The notes beneath the pieces were generated by a model. That model did no database searches, was not told the origin of the DNA, and saw only the letters and a list, made by a program, of their open reading frames with translations. Shown in pieces: positions 58,442 to 64,000 of a DNA stretch of 64,000 nucleotides (positions are counted from its first letter, which is position 1; each line of letters begins with the position of its first letter). The DNA lies in contig CAZDWZ010000005.1 of NCBI GenBank assembly GCA_964509425.1, positions 193,604-257,603 on the forward strand, read 5' to 3'. A program made the position numbers and the translations under genes. The stretch is from an uncultured Bdellovibrionales bacterium (GTDB taxonomy: Bacteria > Bdellovibrionota_C > UBA2361 > SZUA-149 > CAZDWZ01).

Positions 58442-59161
58442 CTACTTCTTCGCAGCCCGGCGCCGTGCGCCCCAACCCGCGAACAATCCGCCCGATGCGA
58501 GGAGCGCCAAAGTTGCAGGCTCCGGCACCGCATTCGCGTAAAGGGTCGCGCGAACATACTCGGCCGTATTCAGGCCCTGAAGTCCCAGAGTAACGAAACT
58601 CGAGAAATTCAAGCCGATGACGAATGGGTCAGTTGCCGATGGAGTAAAGAAGTTTGAGATATCGGTGAAAATGATCTGTTGGGTATCGAAGTTTCCATCG
58701 ACGCTGAACATGCCAGGAACGTCGTCCTCGATATCTTCTATGACTGCCGTCGTAAAGCCGTTTACGCCGAAGAAACGGACGGTCTCTTGGAAGTCGCCCT
58801 GCTGAACTTCGTTGATGTCGTTTACGAGACCGAGATCGAAGTCGATGAAATCAAATACGAGCTGAACGTTTACCAATGGATCGGCGAAGATTCCGAAGTT
58901 CAGGAACATGTCGAAGTTCCCTCCACCGGAGCCGTTGTCCGCCGCAGTGCCGACACCGTTTACGCCGAACACTCCGCTTCCCGCAGCCGAGATTGGAATG
59001 AACATTTCAATGAAATTGTTTGGTCCTAACGGGACCACCTGATTGTCCGAAGTGAACGATGCGACCGGCACTCCGAGGCTCTGCACGGGTGTCGCATGGG
59101 CTGCCGACACCGAAGCGAAAAATAATCCCAATCCAAGCGCCAGATTCTTCACTGAATTCAT
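58442..59161 (-). CDS. PEP-CTERM sorting-domain secreted protein (paralog of the 32956..33684 gene)
   Basis: Internal start MNSVKNLALGLGLFFASVSAAHA is a signal peptide. The C-terminus is VPEPATLALLASGGLFAGWGARRRAAKK. It shares the LVFDFIDFD core with the other copy. Confidence 0.8.
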   Translation of the reverse strand: MNSVKNLALGLGLFFASVSAAHATPVQSLGVPVASFTSDNQVVPLGPNNFIEMFIPISAAGSGVFGVNGVGTAADNGSGGGNFDMFLNFGIFADPLVNVQLVFDFIDFDLGLVNDINEVQQGDFQETVRFFGVNGFTTAVIEDIEDDVPGMFSVDGNFDTQQIIFTDISNFFTPSATDPFVIGLNFSSFVTLGLQGLNTAEYVRATLYANAVPEPATLALLASGGLFAGWGARRRAAKK

Positions 59162-59305
59162 TCTCCACCTCTTCCCAAGTCGTAAACCACACCAAGCCTT
59201 GTACCGGATTCGGCAAGGAATGAACATCCCTGAAACGAAATAATGTAATCGATCTTTGTTAATAATGTCGGGCACTTCAAGCCACATGAAACACTCGAAA
59301 GCTCT

Positions 59306-61069
59306 TCAGTAGACGGTAATTATCCGAGCCGCGAGCCGTTTCGAGCCCTGGAGCACCACGGCCTCATACTTCCCAGGAACGAGCTTTTCAGACATCGCAC
59401 CTCCGACTCGAGTCTCGGGGTTTGTGGATGTGCCGAGTGAGATGAGCTTTCCCTGAACCTCGGAGAGCGGCCTGGTTTCCCCCGTCCGAAAAATAACGAG
59501 CTTCAAATCCCGGAGCTCTGCGTCGTCGAGATGCCCGGGAATGCTCGCGCTCCACCGTACCTGCGCAATCTCGCCGGAACTAAATTCCTGCTCGGAAGCG
59601 AGCGAGCCGCTCCGTCGAAAAAACACCTCACCCGGAAGCTCTGCTGTTCTTGCCGGTGCCGGCATCCGCGAAGCCGTTTCCTGCGGACGCGGCTCGGGCG
59701 TTCCAGCCTTCTCGGGAAGAACTTCTGGTGCGATGGGTTCCAGGCTCGGTTCGAGGATCGGAGTCACAGCCTGTGGTGGCGTCTCCTTAACTCCCATGTC
59801 TGGAAGCTCCGGCTCGATGAACTCCGTCGGCGCTGCCGGCGGTGTCGCGCTGGGAGTCTCCACGGTCGGGTACAGCATTGGAGCGCCGCTCGGAAGTGTT
59901 GCCGCCGTCGGGAATGGCGTCGCGGGAATTTGGCCCGTCGCCGACGGAATGGTCGCCGTCGGAAGGGCCGCCGCCGTCGGGAACACCGTCGCCGCGGGTA
60001 ATTCTGTCGCAAAGGGACTAACCGTTCGCGTTGGAATCGCCGTTCCTGCCGGAACCACAGGCGGCCCTGGTTGTGGTTCGTTCCAAGGGAGCTCGCGATT
60101 TAAGATCGAATAGGAATAACCGATTATTCCGAGCAGCACCGCGATGAGGAGGGGACGAGCATACGACTTCGATGCCGGCCCGGCTTCCGGCTTTTTTGTC
60201 CCTCGAATGGCATCCGAAAATTCCTTCGCGTCGAGAAATCGATCCGCTTTTAGCTTCGCCGCAGCCTTCCGAACCGCGGCTTCATACCACGCCGGGACGC
60301 TCCGGCGTCCTCCCGACATCGAAGGAAATTCTTCGTTTAATTGTTTGAATGCCGCGGCGATATAGTTATCGCTTTCAAACGGCCGCTTACCCATCGCCAG
60401 CTCGTAGCCGATGATCCCCAGCGCATAGAGGTCGGTGCGAACATCGACCTCCTCTCCGCGAATTTGCTCCGGGGACATGTAGTAGGGAGTGCCGATGATG
60501 TGACCCGTCGGAGTGAGCTCAAGCTTACTTTTCAGAAGCCTCGCTGTTCCGAAATCAACCAGCTTCACTTCACCGGACTCGAAGTAGATGACATTCGCCG
60601 GTTTCAAATCGCGATGAATGATTCCTTTCTCGTGCGCGTAGGAGACGGCATCCAGTATTTGGAGAAGAATCTGCGAGGCTTTTTGAACGGGAAGCGCGCC
60701 CGATTGCTCAATGAATTCCTTGAGGCTCTTCCCTTCGACGTACTCCATGGTGAGGTAATAATATCCCTCCGGAGCCTTCCCGAGATCGAACGTTCGCACA
60801 ATGTTCGGGTGAGCGAGCGAACGAGCCAGAGCCACTTCATTCCGGAAGCGCTCGAAGATTGACGGATCTTGCGAAAGTTGAGGATGAAGCAGCTTGAGAG
60901 CCACGGTCTCACCGTGAAGCTCCCGGTCGACAACTCGGTATACTTGTCCCATTCCCCCGGAACCGAGAAGGGACAGCACCTCATAGCGGCCAGCTATCAA
61001 CGTACCCGGAGAAACCACTCCAGAGCCCGCGGCGGCGGGTGTCTCACGTATCGTTTTGTCGTCCTCCAA
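59306..61069 (-). CDS. Serine/threonine protein kinase with a Pro/Thr/Ala-rich linker and a C-terminal extracytoplasmic domain
   Basis: Carries GSGGMGQVY...ALK, HRDLKPAN and DFG. Confidence 0.85.
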   Translation of the reverse strand: MEDDKTIRETPAAAGSGVVSPGTLIAGRYEVLSLLGSGGMGQVYRVVDRELHGETVALKLLHPQLSQDPSIFERFRNEVALARSLAHPNIVRTFDLGKAPEGYYYLTMEYVEGKSLKEFIEQSGALPVQKASQILLQILDAVSYAHEKGIIHRDLKPANVIYFESGEVKLVDFGTARLLKSKLELTPTGHIIGTPYYMSPEQIRGEEVDVRTDLYALGIIGYELAMGKRPFESDNYIAAAFKQLNEEFPSMSGGRRSVPAWYEAAVRKAAAKLKADRFLDAKEFSDAIRGTKKPEAGPASKSYARPLLIAVLLGIIGYSYSILNRELPWNEPQPGPPVVPAGTAIPTRTVSPFATELPAATVFPTAAALPTATIPSATGQIPATPFPTAATLPSGAPMLYPTVETPSATPPAAPTEFIEPELPDMGVKETPPQAVTPILEPSLEPIAPEVLPEKAGTPEPRPQETASRMPAPARTAELPGEVFFRRSGSLASEQEFSSGEIAQVRWSASIPGHLDDAELRDLKLVIFRTGETRPLSEVQGKLISLGTSTNPETRVGGAMSEKLVPGKYEAVVLQGSKRLAARIITVY

Positions 61070-61075
61070 ACTTCC

Positions 61076-62605
61076 TCACTCTTTCGGAGTGTTTTCTTCC
61101 GCCGCTGATCCTACTTTCTTCAGAATGAGGCTGTACTCGGCTGACTCACTGCCGACATATCCGATTTCCAAAAAATGGATACCGTCGTCGGCAATGGTGA
61201 AGGGATTGGATTTCAGCCCGGCAGCGGCCTGAGAGTTTTCATTGAGCAGCACCTGCCGGAATTCATCCAGTACGCGAACGGTGAAGTATGATGTGGTCTT
61301 TCCGGCCGGAACGATTCCGACGAAGTATTTATCTCCGGACTTCGCATCAAAGGAGAAGACGTCGAGGTCGTCGGCGTCTCCTATGAAATTTTTCGTATAA
61401 CGCTTTGCTTCCATCTTGATCGCTTGATCAAAAGCGGAGCCTGCATCTTTCTCCCCGTCGAGATCTCCCTTACTCGTTCGAGTGATTTTGAACGTGAAGA
61501 AATCCTTATGGGTGTCTGCGCTGTCTGCGCCAATGAGGAGATAATACCGCCCGTCTTCTTGCGGCTGGTAGGTGAATTCAGCAGCCTTGAACTTTTCTCC
61601 AAAAATGGCCGCGGACTGCAGCTTGTCTCGCTTTTTGCCATGGAGTTGTGCCCCACCGTAGGGATGTTGACCTTCCACCGGCTTTCCTTCCTTCACGCCG
61701 CTGATGCTCTTTTCTCCTGTATTGATCGTGACGGTGACCTCTGAACCGCGTGCGAGCTCGACGTAAAAATAATCGTATTGTGCCGCTTGTTGATGATGAT
61801 CCAACCGGTATTCTTTATCGAACTCAATCAGCTTCGCATCGTCGTAGCTATCTCCGCCTCGCACTTCCGTTCCGAATGTTTTTGTGGATTTGGCGATGAC
61901 AACAGACGCCTGGGTTGCCTCTTTGAGAGCGCCATTTAACTGCTGAGCGTCTTTGGCGTCGTAGTATTTTCCGCCCGTGAAATCGGCGATTGCGCGCAGC
62001 TGCTGACGAGCGATGTCGTTGACGTTAAAACCGATTGAATAAACGGTCAGCTTAAAACCTTCCGCTTTAAGCTGTTTGAGGACGGCAATGGGGTCGCCGC
62101 CGCACGTTTCTTCACCATCCGTGAGCAAGATGATCACCCGCTCCGCTTCGCGGGCTACACCCACGTCGTAGAGATCGTTTCTGGTTTCTTGGAGTGCGTA
62201 AGCAATCGGCGTATAGCCCTGAGGGTTGAGAGCAGCTATTTTCTCCCCGATAACCGTTTTGTTTACCTCTTGAAACGGAATGAGCAGCTCCGTGTCTTTG
62301 CAGCTTTCCTCTTTTCGGCTCTGATCGACGCGATGGCCGTAGACTCGAACGGCGACCATTTGATTTTTCGGGATCTCGTCCAGCGATTTCAGGAGCGCCT
62401 TCCGGGCGGACTCAATCTGAGTCTCACCGCCCAGCTTCTGCTTCATCGAACCGGAGATATCGAGCACGAACTCGATGTCGGTGGCGGCTTTCGCTTCCTG
62501 GAGAGGGAGGCAGCAAACGGCGACGAGCGCACAGCACGCGCCGAGGATTAAATATGAAATTCCAGCAAAAAATGAACGAGAAAGACTATCTTTTCGCGTG
62601 TCCAC
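61076..62605 (-). CDS. Secreted or membrane-anchored von Willebrand factor A (VWA) domain protein
   Basis: N-terminal hydrophobic segment, then the MIDAS motif DISGSM. The stop lies 6 nt upstream of the kinase start, so the two are probably co-transcribed. Confidence 0.8.
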   Translation of the reverse strand: MDTRKDSLSRSFFAGISYLILGACCALVAVCCLPLQEAKAATDIEFVLDISGSMKQKLGGETQIESARKALLKSLDEIPKNQMVAVRVYGHRVDQSRKEESCKDTELLIPFQEVNKTVIGEKIAALNPQGYTPIAYALQETRNDLYDVGVAREAERVIILLTDGEETCGGDPIAVLKQLKAEGFKLTVYSIGFNVNDIARQQLRAIADFTGGKYYDAKDAQQLNGALKEATQASVVIAKSTKTFGTEVRGGDSYDDAKLIEFDKEYRLDHHQQAAQYDYFYVELARGSEVTVTINTGEKSISGVKEGKPVEGQHPYGGAQLHGKKRDKLQSAAIFGEKFKAAEFTYQPQEDGRYYLLIGADSADTHKDFFTFKITRTSKGDLDGEKDAGSAFDQAIKMEAKRYTKNFIGDADDLDVFSFDAKSGDKYFVGIVPAGKTTSYFTVRVLDEFRQVLLNENSQAAAGLKSNPFTIADDGIHFLEIGYVGSESAEYSLILKKVGSAAEENTPKE

Positions 62606-63082
62606 GATTCTTCTCCTCTAGAAACTCATCCGCGCCGAGCATACCCGCTCCGCGCCCGATTCATACTAAGATTTCGAGGCGAAGTCTCTTTCTACTTGGA
62701 AGGCGGAAAGCGTGTCATGTCCGTTCGAGAAACGCTCCGATTGCCTAGAGTTCGACGGGCGTTGTGGTGATGGACGTCTTCCACCCCGAGTACCGCGGCA
62801 TCCTCCGGCAGACCGATCCGGAGGGAGAATTTTGTGAACACTTGTGCCGCTTATTTAGACTGATTCGTGGGCTATCGGCCCTTCATCGTCAGTTTCGCCG
62901 CGTCGTTGACGGCCGCTTTCGAGAGAGTGCGTTTTGCGACTCCCGGAGCGTCGGATGAACGGTGACCGAGATGTGCTGGAATCTCGCAGGTTTCCGCGCC
63001 TTGACCGTAGACACTTAGCCGAGTATCCTAGAAGCAGATATGTAGCATAGGCTACATTTTATCTTCAAGAAGGAAGCTGGAC

Positions 63083-64000
63083 ATGAAGCCTGGAAAGTTG
63101 CTCACCCGGATTTGCGTGACCCTCGTCGTTTTGTTGTTTGTCGACTCCGCTCTCGCCGCTCCGGAGAAGAAAAAGATCAACATCGTCGCTACGATCGGGA
63201 TGGTTGCTGACATCGTGAAGAACGTCGCGGGCGATCGAGCGGTCGTGCAATCGCTCATGGGTGAAGGAATCGACCCCCATCTTTACAAACCCACGCGCTC
63301 CGATATCTCGACGCTCACATCAGCGGATATTGTTTTTTATAATGGGCTCCTCCTCGAAGGAAAGATGACGGACGCTTTGATCCGCGTTGCATCATCCGGG
63401 AAGAAGGTTTTTGCGGTGACGGCCTTGCTTGATCCTCAATACCTTCTCGAACCGAAGGAGTTTCAAGGTCATTACGATCCCCACGTCTGGATGGATCCTC
63501 AAGCTTGGGCGAAGGCGACGATGGCGGTGCGAGACAAGCTCGCAGAGTCAGATCCGGAGGGGAAGACCTACTACGAGGCGGAAGCTGCAAAATATCTTAA
63601 GTCGCTCGCTGAGTTGGATGAGTACGCCGTGAAGGTTTTAACCTCGGTGCCTGCGACGGCTCGGGTGCTTGTAACTGCGCATGACGCGTTTAATTATTTC
63701 GGGAGACGATATGGATTTGAAGTGGTGGGAATCCAGGGAATAAGCACCGAGTCCGAAGCCGGAGTGCAGGACATTGAACGAATCGTAAAAATGCTGACCG
63801 AAAGGAAAATTGGCGCGGTATTCGTTGAATCCACCGTGTCCGATCGGAATGTCAAAGCCCTTATCGAAGGAGCTGCCGCACGCGGCCATACGGTGAAGAT
63901 AGGCGGAACGCTGTATTCGGATGCGATGGGAAAACCGAATACCTATGAAGGAACCTACGAAGGAATGATCGATCACAATGTCAGCACGATCGCGGCGGCC
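63083..64000 (+). CDS. Metal (Zn/Mn) ABC transporter substrate-binding protein (ZnuA/TroA family). It is 3'-truncated by the window end.
   Basis: Signal peptide MKPGKLLTRICVTLVVLLFVDSALA, then ...HVWMDP and ...AHDAFNYF motifs. An AGGAAG sequence lies 7 nt upstream. Confidence 0.8.
   Translation, partial: MKPGKLLTRICVTLVVLLFVDSALAAPEKKKINIVATIGMVADIVKNVAGDRAVVQSLMGEGIDPHLYKPTRSDISTLTSADIVFYNGLLLEGKMTDALIRVASSGKKVFAVTALLDPQYLLEPKEFQGHYDPHVWMDPQAWAKATMAVRDKLAESDPEGKTYYEAEAAKYLKSLAELDEYAVKVLTSVPATARVLVTAHDAFNYFGRRYGFEVVGIQGISTESEAGVQDIERIVKMLTERKIGAVFVESTVSDRNVKALIEGAAARGHTVKIGGTLYSDAMGKPNTYEGTYEGMIDHNVSTIAAA

Overview
Bacterial chromosomal window from a Gram-negative organism (lptD and two PEP-CTERM proteins present), roughly 58-60% GC. 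The backbone is housekeeping: argH, a trmD fusion, tatD, rpiA, a yceD-rpmF-plsX-fabG-acpP fatty-acid/ribosome cluster, an nrdR-ribD-ribE-ribBA riboflavin operon, bcp, accD, lptD, ychF, meaB, two acyl-CoA dehydrogenases and sufT. Three envelope-glycan blocks are interleaved with it. The first (52-5151) holds a dolichol-phosphate-mannose-synthase-like GT2 between two large polytopic membrane proteins, plus an SGNH-type enzyme. The second (25.6-31.7 kb) is dTDP-rhamnose and GDP-mannose/GDP-deoxyhexose nucleotide-sugar synthesis. The third (45.4-52.1 kb) is wzt/wzm, two GT4 genes and a PMT/ArnT-like membrane protein ending in a discoidin-like domain. Two accessory stretches stand out. The first (37.2-43.9 kb) is a repeat-rich, compositionally patchy islet of hypothetical secreted and membrane proteins, with an IS200/RAYT-like HuH Y1 transposase-domain gene and a very GC-rich oxidoreductase gene. 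The second (58.2-62.6 kb) holds tRNA-Arg(TCG), a PEP-CTERM paralog, and a VWA-protein / Ser-Thr-kinase operon. Three short intergenic repeat families recur. One is a REP-like palindrome built on CCTCTGTGCCTCTGTGGTT (six loci). One is a roughly 120-150 nt element with conserved flanks around a sequence-variable hairpin (three copies, all directly upstream of fabG, acpP and wzt). One is a 74-nt direct repeat pair bracketing about 4.1 kb. A small lysine/alanine-rich histone-H1-like gene (55 aa) is missing from the ORF track and is followed by a clear intrinsic terminator. No CRISPR array or rRNA was seen. All calls come from reading the sequence and the supplied translations; no searches were run.
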